Positions 10,881 to 22,077 of a DNA stretch of 64,000 bases are shown piece after piece; position 1 is the stretch's first letter, and each line of letters opens with the position of its first letter. The notes under the pieces are model-generated. The model was not told the origin of the DNA and ran no database searches. It worked only from the letters and a program-made list of their open reading frames with translations. The DNA comes from an uncultured Verrucomicrobiae bacterium (GTDB lineage: Bacteria > Verrucomicrobiota > Verrucomicrobiia > Limisphaerales > Palsa-1400): contig CAVPOM010000002.1 in NCBI GenBank assembly GCA_963707025.1, positions 71,877-135,876 of the forward strand, written 5' to 3'. The position numbers and the translations under genes are program-made.

Positions 10881-12704
10881 TCATGTTTTTTGGGACTCCT
10901 TGGCCCAGGTGTCTTTGAGAGTGATGGTGCGGTTGAAAATGAGATGGCCGGGGGCGCTCTCCTTGTCCAAAACGAAGTAGGCCAGGCGCTCAAATTGATA
11001 GCGCAATTCCGGCCTGGCGTCCTGCAAACTTGGCTCGCATTTGGCGGTGACGACTTCCAGGGAGCGCGGGTTGAGGTGTTGCTTAAAATCCCCGGCGGCG
11101 TCGGGTTCGGGCACGGTGAAGAGCCGGTCGTAAAGACGGACCTGGGCGTCGGCGGCATGGGCGGCGCTGACCCAGTGGATGGTGCCTTTGACTTTGCGGG
11201 CGGCGTTGGGGCCGCCGGTGCGGCTGTCGAAGTCGGCGGTGCAATGGAGTCGGGCGATGTGGCCGGCGGTGTCTTTCACCACCTCATCGCACTTAATGAT
11301 AAAGCCGTATTTGAGGCGGACTTCGCCGCCGGGTTTGAGGCGGAAGAATTTGGGGGGCGGCGCCTCCATGAAATCGTCCCGCTCGATGAACAGTTCGCGG
11401 CTGAAGGGGATTTTGCGCGTGCCGGCGCCTGGGTCCTGCGGATTGTTGACAGCATCGAGCTCCTCCACTTTGCCCGCGGGAAAATTGGTGATGATGACCT
11501 GGAGGGGCCGCAGCACGGCCAGGCGGCGCAGGGCCCGCTGGTTCAAGTCCTCGCGGATGGCGTGCTCCAGGACGGCGACATCGGTGATGCCGTTGTATTT
11601 GGTGATGCCGATGTGGTAGGCGAAATGGCGCAGGGCTTCGGGGGTGACGCCGCGGCGGCGCAGCCCGGAGATGGTGGGCAGGCGGGGATCGTCCCAGCCG
11701 GTGACAATTTTCTCGTTGACAAGTTGGAGGAGCTTGCGCTTGCTCATGACGGTGTAGCCCAGGCTGAGGCGGGCGAACTCGTATTGATGGGGGAGCGGCC
11801 GGGGGAGATCCAGGCATTGCAGGAACCAATCGTAGAGGGGGCGGTGGACTTCAAATTCCAGGGTGCAGATGCTGTGGGTGATGCCTTCCAGGTAGTCGCT
11901 CAGGCAATGGGCGAAATCGTACATGGGATAGATGCACCATTGCCCGCCGGTGTGATGATGCTCGGCGTGGCGGATGCGGTAGATGACGGGGTCGCGCAGC
12001 CAGATATTCGGGGAGGCCATGTCAATTTTGGCGCGCAAGGTGCGGGCGCCGTCGGGGAATTCGCCGTTCTTCATGCGCTGCAGGAGGTCCAGGTTTTCCG
12101 CGACGGGACGGTCGCGAAAGGGGCTGTCCTTGCCGGGGCGGTCGGGGGAGCCGCGGTACTGGTCGGTGTCGCCGGGGGAGAGATCGCAGATGTAGGCCTT
12201 GCCTTTTTTGACCAGGGTGACGGCGTAGTCGTAGAGTTGGTCGAAATAGTCGGAGGCGTAGAAAGGCTCGCAAATTGCGGATTGTCCCGATTTATCGGGA
12301 GGGATTGGGGATGGCAGGACTGGCGGAAGATAGAAGTCGGGTTTCCCGTTGCTGGTGATGGGTTCGGGCGTTTTGCCTTTTGGTTTCAGGCCCAACCGGT
12401 CGCCCGCCCAACCGCCGATGAGCCAGTTGACGTCCTGCTGGATGGAGTCCACGTATTCCACGTCTTCCTTGGTGGGATTGGTGTCGTCCAGGCGGAGGTT
12501 GCAGACGCCGCCAAATTCGCGGGCGATGCCGAAGTTGAGGCAGATGGATTTGGCGTGGCCGATGTGGAGCCAGCCATTGGGCTCGGGCGGAAAGCGGGTG
12601 TGGATTTGGGCATAACGCTTCTCCGCCAGATGGGCGGCGACGATGTCGCGAATGAAATCGGCCGGGGCGTCCGGCGGGGCTTTTTCCGGATTTGGCGTGG
12701 TCAT
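10881..12704 (-). CDS. glnS: Glutamine--tRNA ligase
   Basis: [17 protein letters not shown] and VKGTIHWVS motifs. Confidence 0.97.
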   Translation of the reverse strand: MTTPNPEKAPPDAPADFIRDIVAAHLAEKRYAQIHTRFPPEPNGWLHIGHAKSICLNFGIAREFGGVCNLRLDDTNPTKEDVEYVDSIQQDVNWLIGGWAGDRLGLKPKGKTPEPITSNGKPDFYLPPVLPSPIPPDKSGQSAICEPFYASDYFDQLYDYAVTLVKKGKAYICDLSPGDTDQYRGSPDRPGKDSPFRDRPVAENLDLLQRMKNGEFPDGARTLRAKIDMASPNIWLRDPVIYRIRHAEHHHTGGQWCIYPMYDFAHCLSDYLEGITHSICTLEFEVHRPLYDWFLQCLDLPRPLPHQYEFARLSLGYTVMSKRKLLQLVNEKIVTGWDDPRLPTISGLRRRGVTPEALRHFAYHIGITKYNGITDVAVLEHAIREDLNQRALRRLAVLRPLQVIITNFPAGKVEELDAVNNPQDPGAGTRKIPFSRELFIERDDFMEAPPPKFFRLKPGGEVRLKYGFIIKCDEVVKDTAGHIARLHCTADFDSRTGGPNAARKVKGTIHWVSAAHAADAQVRLYDRLFTVPEPDAAGDFKQHLNPRSLEVVTAKCEPSLQDARPELRYQFERLAYFVLDKESAPGHLIFNRTITLKDTWAKESQKT

Positions 12705-12797
12705 GATTGGGCGGCAATTAACATCGGCAAAATTATAGCGGTTGGGGTTCTGTCATGGCAAGCCCGGCGCGGAGCGGATGGACCGCGAAATACGGAT

Positions 12798-12883
12798 GGC
12801 CGCGAAAAGGCGCAAAAGGCACAAAACCGGGCCGCAAGTTCCGGCTCCTTTCCTTTTTGCGCCATTTGCGCTTCTTCGCGGCC
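12798..12883. repeat. Intergenic inverted repeat built from 9-mer units
   Basis: ggccgcgaaaaggcgcaaaaggcacaaaa ... tttttgcgccatttgcgcttcttcgcggcc. Confidence 0.65.
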
Positions 12884-13022
12884 ATTTTTTCCCAGGCGGG
12901 AGCAACAAGAAAAACGACGCGGTTTTCCCAGGAAGCCCGTCTTTCGCATCGCGAAAGACGGCAAAGGGACACAGCGCGGCCATCCCCTTGCATAAATACT
13001 GAAAGTATGAAATACTGAATCC

Positions 13023-13256
13023 ATGACAAAAGTCATCAACATGAATGAACGCGGCACCTTGACCTTGCCCAAGGAGATGCGCCGCCGGCTGGGCGTGGAG
13101 CGCAATGCCCAGGTCGTCGCCGAGGAAACCGAGGAAGGCATCCTCCTCCGCCCCGGGGTCACTTTCCCGGTGGAACTGTATTCCGAAAAGAGGCTGGCTG
13201 AATTCCGCCGCCACAACGAAGAGTCACTGGCCGGTTATCGCCTCAAAAAGAAATGA
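13023..13256 (+). CDS. AbrB/MazE-type antitoxin
   Basis: ERGTLTLPKEMRRRLG...GILLRP pattern; overlaps the PIN gene by 4 nt (ATGA). Confidence 0.85.
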   Translation: MTKVINMNERGTLTLPKEMRRRLGVERNAQVVAEETEEGILLRPGVTFPVELYSEKRLAEFRRHNEESLAGYRLKKK

Positions 13257-13651
13257 GGGGTTTTCTGGACGCCAACATCCTTTTTTCGGCGGCGCTATCG
13301 CACAGCCGGATGCGCGCCTTTTTGGACGTGCTCCTGGATCACGCAGACTGCCTGACCAATGATTATGCAATTGAAGAAGCCCGGCGCAATCTGGCCGCAA
13401 AGCATCCGGATCGCGTAAAGGCGTTGGAACGGCTGGCAAAACAGTGTGAAGTCGTTCCGCAGTTGGAAGCGGACTTGGAAGTCGAATTGCCGTTGAAAGA
13501 TGCGCCGATTCTCGGCGGAGCCATTGCCGGCCAGGCCACGCATTTGCTCACAGGTGATGAACGGGATTTGGGGACATTTTGGGGCAAGACGATCCAGGGC
13601 GTCAAAGTTGTTTCGCCGCGAATGCTGGCGGAGGAACTGCGGTTGTGCTGA
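13253..13651 (+). CDS. PIN-domain (VapC-like) toxin
   Basis: FLDANILFS, KDAPIL and LLTGD acidic motifs. Confidence 0.85.
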   Translation: MRGFLDANILFSAALSHSRMRAFLDVLLDHADCLTNDYAIEEARRNLAAKHPDRVKALERLAKQCEVVPQLEADLEVELPLKDAPILGGAIAGQATHLLTGDERDLGTFWGKTIQGVKVVSPRMLAEELRLC

Positions 13652-14018
13652 ACGAACTTCTCCTGTTTCAAAACGCGGCAAAAAGAAGGCCGGGCCGGCT
13701 TGCCGCGCCGTAGTCGCCTGGCCGCCGTAGCCTTGGCGAAGGCGGATGACAGGGGCGGAAGGCCTACACGCGAAAACCCAGCCCCGACAAGTGCCTGGTC
13801 GTGAAGTCGCTGGCCTAACGACTGCCCCGCCTACCACCCAGGCGACAACCCGCGTCTCACCTGGCCGTCAGAAGTCAGTCGGCGCGGCCCGGCGCCCCGA
13901 CGAGCGCCCGCGGTTTGTTAAGCTTCGCGTCGGCATGGCACAGGGACTGCGAAAAACCGGGCACTCCCCGTGCCACGCCGATCGCTTCGCGGCTGCATGA
14001 AATCAGTGGCCGGGGTGC

Positions 14019-14115
14019 CGCCCTGACAGGGCTTGGCGGGGTGGCCGGCTTTACCCAGGGTGTCGCCCGCGGACTCGCTTTGCCCTGGGCTATATTATTT
14101 CGCCCCGTTGGGGCT
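14019..14115. repeat. REP-like palindrome cluster
   Basis: GCCCTGACAGGGC ... CCCAGGG ... CCCTGGG ... GCCCCGTTGGGGC. Confidence 0.7.
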
Positions 14116-14123
14116 TCCAAAAA

Positions 14124-15281
14124 CTAACGGTCGGACTTGGAGCCAAACAAGCGGCTGTGCTCGAGGATGGCGTAGCGGTCGGTCATGCCGGAGAGGTAGT
14201 CGCAGATGGCGCGGAGCCAGCCGGCGCGCCGGGCGCGCTTTTGGCTGGAGACGCCAATTTCGCGGGGATGTTCCAGGTAGTAGTGGAAAAGGTCGCCCAA
14301 CATGGTGCCGGCACGGTTGTTTGGCTCAAAGACCACGGGGCTGGAGTAGAGGTTTTGCCAGAGGAAGGCGCGGAGTTCGAGGTTCAAACGGCGGCGGCGG
14401 AGGCTGTGCTGGACCAGGGGATGGGGCTGGAGGCGGACGTCGTCGGCGGATTGGACGCCGGAGGCCAGGATGGCGGCTTCGGAGGTTTGGACAACGTCGC
14501 GCACCTGGCGGTCAATGAGGCAGCGGATGATGAAGTAGCGGCGGGTTTCGTCCGGGAGACCGGGGTGTTGGGCCAGGACGGCGCGGGAGGCCCCGGAAAA
14601 TAGTTTGACTTCGCGGTTGAGTTTTTTTTCGGAGAGGAGGCCGGCTTCCAGGCCGTCATCGAGGTCGTGGCTGCAATAGGTCAGTTCGTCGGAGAGGTTG
14701 GCGACCTGGGCTTCGAGGGAGGGGGATTTGGGGGAGAAGCCCTGGCGGTGGCGGGGATGATCGTAGGGGGATTGGTGTTTGGCCAGGCCTTCGCGGGTTT
14801 CCCAAGTGAGGTTCAAGCCGCGGAAGTCGGGGTATTTTTCCTCGAGTTCTTCGACGATGCGCAAGCTCTGGCGGTTGTGCTCGAAGCCGCCGTGGCCGCG
14901 CATCAACTGGTCCAGGACTTCCTCGCCTTTGTGGCCGAATGGGGCGTGGCCGAGGTCATGGGCCAGGGCGATGGTTTCGGCCAGGTCCTGGTTCAGGTTG
15001 AGCGCGCTGGCGATGTTGCGGGCGATGGCGGCGACTTCGATGGAGTGGGTCAGGCGGGTGCGGAGATGATCGCCGGTGCCGTTGAGGAAAACCTGGGTCT
15101 TGTATTCCAGGCGGCGAAAGGCGCGGGAGTGGATGACGCGGTCGCGGTCGCGCTGGTATTCGGTGCGCCAGAGGGCGCGGGGTTCGGGGTGGACGCGGCC
15201 GCGGGATTGGGCGCTGAGCTGGGCGTAAGGGGCGAGGGTCTGGCGTTCCCGTTGTTCGAGCAGTTCTCTGGAACACGGCAT
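14124..15281 (-). CDS. dgt: dGTP triphosphohydrolase (HD family)
   Basis: RDRDRVIHS, RRLEYKTQV, RTRLTHS, HDLGHAPFGHKGE and DYLSGMTD motifs. Confidence 0.95.
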   Translation of the reverse strand: MPCSRELLEQRERQTLAPYAQLSAQSRGRVHPEPRALWRTEYQRDRDRVIHSRAFRRLEYKTQVFLNGTGDHLRTRLTHSIEVAAIARNIASALNLNQDLAETIALAHDLGHAPFGHKGEEVLDQLMRGHGGFEHNRQSLRIVEELEEKYPDFRGLNLTWETREGLAKHQSPYDHPRHRQGFSPKSPSLEAQVANLSDELTYCSHDLDDGLEAGLLSEKKLNREVKLFSGASRAVLAQHPGLPDETRRYFIIRCLIDRQVRDVVQTSEAAILASGVQSADDVRLQPHPLVQHSLRRRRLNLELRAFLWQNLYSSPVVFEPNNRAGTMLGDLFHYYLEHPREIGVSSQKRARRAGWLRAICDYLSGMTDRYAILEHSRLFGSKSDR

Positions 15282-15299
15282 GGCAGGCCCCGGGTTGGA

Positions 15300-16577
15300 T
15301 CAGTTGGCCAGGAGTTCCTGGACGGAGAAGCCGCGCAGTTGGAAGAGGCGGCGGATAGCGTCCTCGATGAGGTTGTTGGGGCAGGAAGCGCCGGCGGTGA
15401 TGCCGACGGTAATTTTGCCCGGAGGCAGCCAGCCGTGGGTCTCGACTTCCCGCTGGAGCTGGAGGTTGTAATGGCGGATCAATTGGTCGGAGACCATCAT
15501 GGCGGCATTTTTGACAAAGTAAGTGGGGAGTTTGGCTTCGCCCATTTCGGCCAGATGGGAGGTGTTGGAGGAATTGTAGCCGCCGATGACCAGGAGCAGG
15601 TCCATGGGTTCGCAGAGCAATTTCTCCAGGGCGTCCTGCCGTTCCTGGGTGGCGCCGCAGATGGTGTCAAAGAAGCGGAAATGACGGTCCAATTGGCCGG
15701 GGCCGAAGCGGGTGATCATGGCGTTTTTGATGCGGCGCTGCACTTCCTCCGTTTCGCCGCGGAGCATGGTGGTTTGGTTGGCAACGCCCACGGCCTGGAG
15801 ATGGATGTCGGGATCGAAGCCGGCGGAATAAGCGCCGGCGAAGGTGTCGAGGAATTCCTGTTTGTTGCCGCCGTGGAGGATGTAGTTGCAGACGTAATCG
15901 GTTTCGGCCAGGTTATAGACGACCAGGTAATGGCCCGGGCCGTCGGCGCCGGCCTGGGAGGTGGTGGCCTTGGTTTCCTCGTGCTTGGCTTTGCCGTGGA
16001 TGATGCTGGTGACTCGTTCCTTGGAGTATTGGCGGACCCGTTTCCACACGCTCATGACGTCGCCGCAAGTGGTGTCCACCAGGCGGCAGCCCTTGGCCAC
16101 CAATTTGGTGCGGGTGCCCACCTCGGTGCCGAAAGCGGGGATGATGACCACGTCGTCCTCGCGCAGCCGTTGCAGCTCCTCTTCGGTGGGGTTGGGGGAA
16201 ATGATCTGGATGCCCATGTTGTAAATCTGGTCGTTGACTTCCGGGTTGTGGATGATTTCGCCCAGGAGATAAATGGGCTGCGGGAGGGGAAAGACATTGC
16301 GGGCGGCGTAAGCCAGGTCAATGGCGCGTTCCACGCCGTAACAGAAGCCGTATTTCTTGGCCAATTTGACCGTGAGCAGGCCGTCGGCGCTGAGGACGTG
16401 GCCCTTGTCGCGAATGCGTTCGACCAGTTCGCTGCGGTAATGGGACAGAACCTGGGCCTGGACGGCGGCCATGACGTCCGGGCGGCGGAGATTGATTTTT
16501 CTTGGCGTTGAGCTGGTGTCTCCGTTGCCAGGGCCATGCCCATTCCCATTTTGCGCGTTGTTCGACATCACACCCAA
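15300..16577 (-). CDS. ispH: 4-hydroxy-3-methylbut-2-enyl diphosphate reductase
   Basis: GFCYGVERA, DTTC, DTICGATQERQ, SSNT and TAGASCP motifs. Confidence 0.95.
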   Translation of the reverse strand: MGVMSNNAQNGNGHGPGNGDTSSTPRKINLRRPDVMAAVQAQVLSHYRSELVERIRDKGHVLSADGLLTVKLAKKYGFCYGVERAIDLAYAARNVFPLPQPIYLLGEIIHNPEVNDQIYNMGIQIISPNPTEEELQRLREDDVVIIPAFGTEVGTRTKLVAKGCRLVDTTCGDVMSVWKRVRQYSKERVTSIIHGKAKHEETKATTSQAGADGPGHYLVVYNLAETDYVCNYILHGGNKQEFLDTFAGAYSAGFDPDIHLQAVGVANQTTMLRGETEEVQRRIKNAMITRFGPGQLDRHFRFFDTICGATQERQDALEKLLCEPMDLLLVIGGYNSSNTSHLAEMGEAKLPTYFVKNAAMMVSDQLIRHYNLQLQREVETHGWLPPGKITVGITAGASCPNNLIEDAIRRLFQLRGFSVQELLAN

Positions 16578-16734
16578 AGTTTAGCATGGGTTGGGCGGGT
16601 TCAAAGATTAAAATTTTGGCGCGCCCAGGGAACTGGAATGGGACCAATAGGACGAATGGGACGGAGATGGACAAACACGGACGGGCACTTGGGCGAGCTT
16701 GTTCGCAAACGGCAGTGCTCAATGTGGTTGGAAC

Positions 16735-17865
16735 CTACGGCGAAGGGCCGGCACTGAGCCGGGCGGTGACGGCGCGGCAGATGTCGGCGGCGGCGGCGGG
16801 GCGGCCCAAGGCGGCGGCGGCCCGGCCCAGGTCGGCGAGTTTTTTGGAGCCGAGAAGCTGGCCGAGACGAAAGGGGAGGTCTTCGACGCGATTGGCTTTG
16901 GCGGCGGCGCCATGTTCGAGGAGAAAATCGCTGTTGGCGGCTTCCTGGCCGGGAATGGGATTGAGAATGAAGAGGGGTTTGCCCAAGGCCAGCGCCTCGG
17001 AGGTGGTCAAGCCGCCGGGTTTGGTGATGAGCAAATCCGACACGGCCATCAGTTCGTGCATGTTGGTGACGAAGCCCAGCACGCGGGTGGGATGGCGGCG
17101 GTCGCAGGCGGCCAGGTCGCGGCGCAGCCGGTCGTTGCGCCCCGCCACGACGAGGGTTTGCAATGGGCGCTCGATTTGATCCAAGGCGGCGAGAATTTGC
17201 GCGACCGGCCCCATGCCGAATCCACCGCTGAGGACAAGGAGAATGGGGAGATCGTCGCGCAGACCCTGCGCTTTGCGCACGGCGGCGGCGTCAATGCGGC
17301 CGGAAAATTTTGCGGAGATGGGAATGCCGGTGGCCAGAACCTGGGCGGCCGAAGCGCCGCGGGCGACGAGACGGGCCTTGGTTTCCTCGGCGGCGACGCA
17401 ATAGAGGTCCACGTGGGCGTCCATCCACAGGGCGTGGGCCTCAAAATCGGTGACGATGCTGACGGTGAGAGGGGGAGGGCCGGGCCACTTATGGCGGAGC
17501 CGGCCGAGGAGTTCGACGGGCAGGTAATGGGTGCAGAGGACGGCGTCGGGAGCGAATTGCTTGACAAAGCGGGCGAATTTGCGGGAACTGGCGGAGCCGA
17601 AAGTTTTTCTCCAGCGGGCCAGTTTGGCGACCAGCCCGGGATTGTCCATGGTGTTGAAGACCAGGCCCCAGAGTTCGGGGGCATGGGCGATCAATTTGAC
17701 GTAGCCGTCGCTATAGATTTTTTTGTGAAGCGGGGAAAAGAAAGTGAGGAGATCCAGGCGTTGCACCACGTCTTGGGGCCGGGCCTGGAGCCAGGTTTCC
17801 TGGAGTGCGGCGGCGGCCTGGAGATGGCCGCCCCCGGCCGTAATGGTGGCGATGAGAATGCGCAT
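16735..17865 (-). CDS. MGDG synthase/UgtP-like glycosyltransferase (GT28)
   Basis: GGGH, VTDF, TGIP, ITKPGGLT and PGQE motifs. Confidence 0.9.
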   Translation of the reverse strand: MRILIATITAGGGHLQAAAALQETWLQARPQDVVQRLDLLTFFSPLHKKIYSDGYVKLIAHAPELWGLVFNTMDNPGLVAKLARWRKTFGSASSRKFARFVKQFAPDAVLCTHYLPVELLGRLRHKWPGPPPLTVSIVTDFEAHALWMDAHVDLYCVAAEETKARLVARGASAAQVLATGIPISAKFSGRIDAAAVRKAQGLRDDLPILLVLSGGFGMGPVAQILAALDQIERPLQTLVVAGRNDRLRRDLAACDRRHPTRVLGFVTNMHELMAVSDLLITKPGGLTTSEALALGKPLFILNPIPGQEAANSDFLLEHGAAAKANRVEDLPFRLGQLLGSKKLADLGRAAAALGRPAAAADICRAVTARLSAGPSP

Positions 17866-18077
17866 CGTGTCTGAGGGTTGTATGCCGGGGTCAATCATTA
17901 GTGGTTGCGCGGCCGGCGCTTTTTGGCGCAGTTCCATGCCTCTGGCCGCGGCCCGGCGTTCTGGCAACCCATGTTCATTTTGAAAGGACAATTAATCCGC
18001 ATTTCCGTCCTGCAATCCAGCAAAAAAGCGGCCCTCCTTTATTTCTGGTCGTGTACTAACGGATTGTTGATAAATTC

Positions 18078-18464
18078 TTAGAAATCTGGCCTGTGCTGCC
18101 CACATTTACAGCACACCTTTTCCCGCTTGAACATGGCGCCTGCCATGCTGGTTGAAATCCCGGCGAGAAGCTGTCCCGTGAAAGTCATCGAACCAAAAAC
18201 GAGCGGCGTTGCTGGTTCGTAGAGATCATAATCCAGGCAGCCGCAATTTGGGCATCCAACTCTGCGGGAATTTGCTTCAACTCGCCGACCCAGTTCCGCA
18301 TTGACCAGATCGCCATATTCTCGATTGAAAAGCAGCGTCATTTCTCCACACGTCGGGCATTTAAAATTCTTGAAAAACAATTCTACGGGAAATTCCAATT
18401 TTTGAGAGCACGCATTGCAAAGGCATGACAGATATTCCGGCTTACCCGGCATATTCTGGACCAT
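18078..18464 (-). CDS. Cys-rich (Zn-ribbon) hypothetical passenger protein
   Basis: Four CxxC pairs. Confidence 0.65.
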   Translation of the reverse strand: MVQNMPGKPEYLSCLCNACSQKLEFPVELFFKNFKCPTCGEMTLLFNREYGDLVNAELGRRVEANSRRVGCPNCGCLDYDLYEPATPLVFGSMTFTGQLLAGISTSMAGAMFKREKVCCKCGQHRPDF

Positions 18465-18513
18465 CCAGTCCCCCGCGACATCGCTGGAGGGAAGATAATC
18501 AGGATCAGAAGGC

Positions 18514-20005
18514 TGAGGTGGACCCCATCCTTTAGACCACGGAGCGCATGAAATAAGCGCGACTTTTGCCGATTGCTGTCATTACTAATTGTAGTTGACT
18601 ACTGTTCATTCCGTGTTTCAAAACCCTTTCGAAAGAGAGAACGAGCGATGCGGAGCACTGCCCGTCCTCCCTCTCCGTTTTCTTAGGGTTCTCAACTCTA
18701 CCGCCGCAGGCGGTCTGATTTCAAGCCTTTTCCTGCCGCCTGCCTCTCTGTCAAGTGCTGCGATCGCTCCTGCCTCTGGCAGGTTGCATCGCTTCCCATT
18801 TGGCCGGTTGGGCTCCATGCGTGCCGGGATCAAAATACGCGTCCGCCGGCGTCGCATAGCCCAACGCCTGGTGCGGTCGTTCCCGGTTGTAGCCGTCAAA
18901 CCACCGGCCCAGTCCGCGCCCTGCCGCCAACCCGTCGCCATAGTCTTGCAAATAAATGTCCTCATACTTGGCGCTCCGCCACAGCCGCTCGATAAACCGG
19001 TTGTCCATCCAGCGACCCCGTCCGTCCATGCTCACGTCCACCCCCGCCGATTCCACCGCATTGATAAACATCGGGGAGGTGAACTGCGATCCCTGTCGGT
19101 ATTGGAAATCAACGGCGCCTGACGCCCCGCCCGCAACGCCGCCTCCCAAGCGTCCACACAAAAGTCCGCCTCCAACGTGTTGCTCAAGCGCCATCCCAGC
19201 ACGTAACGACTCCACCAATCCATCACCGCCACCAAATACATAAACCCAGTTGCCATAGGCACATACGTAATGTCCGAACACCAAACCTGATCCGGTCCCG
19301 TCACTGCCAAATTGCGTAACAGATACGGATAAATCTGGTGCCCCATCTCCCGCAGACTCGTCTTGGGCTTGGCGTAAATCGCCTCGATCCCCATCAACCG
19401 CAGCAGCCGCACCACCCGTTTGCGATTGATGGTCAAACCCTCCCGGCGCAACAGCACGGTCAGTTTGCGGCTGCCATAAACCGGGTGGTCCAAATGCATC
19501 TGGTCCAACCGCCGCATCAGCGCCAGGTTCTCCTCTGTCTCCGGACAGCACTGGTAATAATAACTGCCACGGCACACCGCCAGCAGCTCGCACTGGCGCC
19601 GCACGCTGAGCTGCGGATCGGGAGCGATTAAACATGTTAAAGCCCCAGTTGCCTGGACTTTTTTTTAAGCCAGTCCAAGTCCACCGTCAGTTGGCCAATC
19701 TTCTCATGCAGTTGGGCAATCAACTGTTCCTGATCCTCCGTGCGGGGTTGCCCGGGCTCAAACAATTCGGGCATGTGATCCCGAATCGTCGCCCGCCACT
19801 GCGTGACCTGCGCCGGATGCACCGCATACTCTCGCGCCAATTGCGCGACCGTCTTCAGCCCCACCAGGGCTTCGAATCCCACTTTGGCCTTGAAGGCCGC
19901 ACTGTGTCTTTTCCGTTTTGCTTTCATAAGTCTGCTCTTTCTTATCTACAGCAAACCGGCAAAAATCGAAACTTACCTGTGGTCTAAAAATAGGGGTCCA
20001 GCTCA
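18514..20005 (-). mobile_element. IS3-family element (orfA 19637-19927; orfB ~18751-19635, frameshifted)
   Basis: TG...CA imperfect IRs, 3-bp TSD GGC, HTH-type orfA, DDE motifs WCSDITY, TDxGSQF and IERLWRS. Confidence 0.92.
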
Positions 20006-20059
20006 GGCTTCAGCGGTTCCATAGGGGGTGATTTAAACATTTTTGACTTTTAAAATCAA

Positions 20060-20992
20060 ATGAAAATTCCACCAAAAAACCCTGTCTTTTCCCGCAGCAA
20101 GTTGATTAGCCTTTGGGACATGATCCAATTTCACGCGAGAGATTTCGTGATCCTGCTGGAAGAACTGGACACTTCGATTCTCTTCATCCGAGATGAAGTT
20201 CGCACCCTTCCAAGCAGAACAACCACTGAAGCTGAAAAACAGCGATTCCGGGACCTGGCCCGGCGACTCTGCAATGAATGTCACAAATATGATTTAAGGG
20301 ATGCCGCCGACCGTGCTGACCTCCTTTATAGGCGCTTGACGGAAGATCTGAACCAAAGTCGCCCATCTCCCGCTCCACCCCGCGCGTTTTCCGCGCTAGA
20401 CGAAGATTTTCGTGAAATCCATCACTGCATTGGAGAGGGTCTAATGGCGATCCAATTCATAATTGTCGAGCGTTCCAAAGCCGACTTCTGGGAGCGGGAC
20501 GAACTTTTTGGGGCTGCTGTAAATTCGGCATTTGCCTCTGCGCGCCTCGACATTAAAGAGGCCGGCAACTGTCTGGCACTTGAATTGAACACCGCAGCCG
20601 TCTTCCATTTAATGCGCGTCGTTGAATTGAGCCTGAGAGGACTCGCCGGCCATTTGGAATGCAACTTTCCATTTCCAGTCCAGTATTCGACTTGGGCGGA
20701 GGTTTTACGGGAGATTGACGAAAAACTGAATAAAACCAAGGGTACGACCAGGGGTGATTTAAGGGAATCCGATTTGCAATTTTATACCGAACTTGCGCGG
20801 GAAATCAGGGCTTTCAATTATGCGTGGAGAGACCCCATAATGCACGTCCGGCTGCGATTTGGTGATCCCCATGAAGCAGAGAATGTGTTCACTCACGTCC
20901 GGCGATTCATGGAGCGGTTGGCCACACGGGTTAAAGAGCCGGTGCCAGACTTGATAAATCCTGAAACTAGAGCAGATTGTTACGAAATTTGA
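20060..20992 (+). CDS. Hypothetical passenger protein, possibly HEPN-like helical domain
   Basis: 310-aa ORF with EAGNCLA, AAVFHLMRVVE and an R-x4-H motif (WRDPIMH). Confidence 0.65.
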   Translation: MKIPPKNPVFSRSKLISLWDMIQFHARDFVILLEELDTSILFIRDEVRTLPSRTTTEAEKQRFRDLARRLCNECHKYDLRDAADRADLLYRRLTEDLNQSRPSPAPPRAFSALDEDFREIHHCIGEGLMAIQFIIVERSKADFWERDELFGAAVNSAFASARLDIKEAGNCLALELNTAAVFHLMRVVELSLRGLAGHLECNFPFPVQYSTWAEVLREIDEKLNKTKGTTRGDLRESDLQFYTELAREIRAFNYAWRDPIMHVRLRFGDPHEAENVFTHVRRFMERLATRVKEPVPDLINPETRADCYEI

Positions 20993-21110
20993 AACAAAAG
21001 GCCCCGCAGTGCTGATACACCGCGAGGCCGCAACAAAAGGCGTTTGAGGCCAAAAGTTGCTGTATCTTGCGATACGCAGTCACTTTATTCCCGCGCCGTG
21101 AAAGCGTCAA

Positions 21111-22077
21111 GTGACATGCCATTGCTGCCAGGGCGAAACCCAGCGTTTCGGCCATTTTGAGAACCGCAACCGGATTGTCCAGCGTTACCGCTGCGTCCGG
21201 TGCGGGAAAACATTTTCCGAATCCCAGCCGTTGGAAGGCGTGAGGATCGAGCATGGGAAGATTGTCCAGATTGTCCGCCTGTTCTCCGAGGGATGCGGAG
21301 TCCGCGCCATCAGCCGCCTAACCGATTGCCACACCTGGACGGTTTTGGGTGTCCTGTCGGAAGTTGGCACCGCCTGCGCCGTGCATGATCGGCTCGTTCG
21401 CAATATCACCACCGATTCGGTTCAGGTTGACGAACTCTGGAGCCGGGTCGCAATCCGCCAGAGCCGCACAACCGAAGATGACACCGAGCGCGGCGACTTT
21501 TACACGTTCCTGGGTATCGCGGCGCGGGAGAAGCTGATTGTCAGCCATTACACGGGCAAACGGGATGCCGAGAGGTACAGATGTTTTCGTAAAGGATTTG
21601 GCCGCCCGAATCGTCGGGCGCATCCAAATCACCAGCGACGCCTTTCGGGCATACCCGGCCATCATCCGCCAATACCTCTTGGAGCGGCTGGACTATGCCG
21701 TTATGGTAAAAAAGTTCGACACTCCACCGGGTCAGGTGGAGGCAAAGCGCCGGTATTCACCGGCTCCATTCAAGGGCATCACAATCAAAGTGAAGGCGGG
21801 AAATCCACGCCGGGACAGAATTTGCACCAGCCATGTGGAACGGGCCAACTTAACCGTCCGCCATTTCAACAAACGCTTCGTCCGGCTCGGTTTGGGTTGG
21901 TCCCGAAAGCTGGAAAACCACAAGGCGGCAATCAGCCTATTTGTTGTCGCATATAATTTCTGCAAGGTCCATTCCACGTTGGGATGCACGCCCGCCGTCG
22001 GAGCAAAGCTCACTGATCACAATTGGTCGGTTGAGGAGTTGCTTGAGCGGGCGACCGTGCAGGATGAAAACAAGTAA
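21111..22077 (+). CDS. IS1-family transposase, frameshifted (ORFs 21111-21956 and 21538-22077)
   Basis: N-terminal Zn finger (CHCC, QRYRCVRCGKTF), HTH, VQVDELW, ITSD, TSHVERANLTVR and YNFCKVH motifs. Confidence 0.88.

Noticed and set aside
10890..12995. Long antisense ORFs (701 aa here; also 14667-16511, 23873-25351, 44541-46532)
   Set aside because: GC-rich shadow frames opposite well-supported genes
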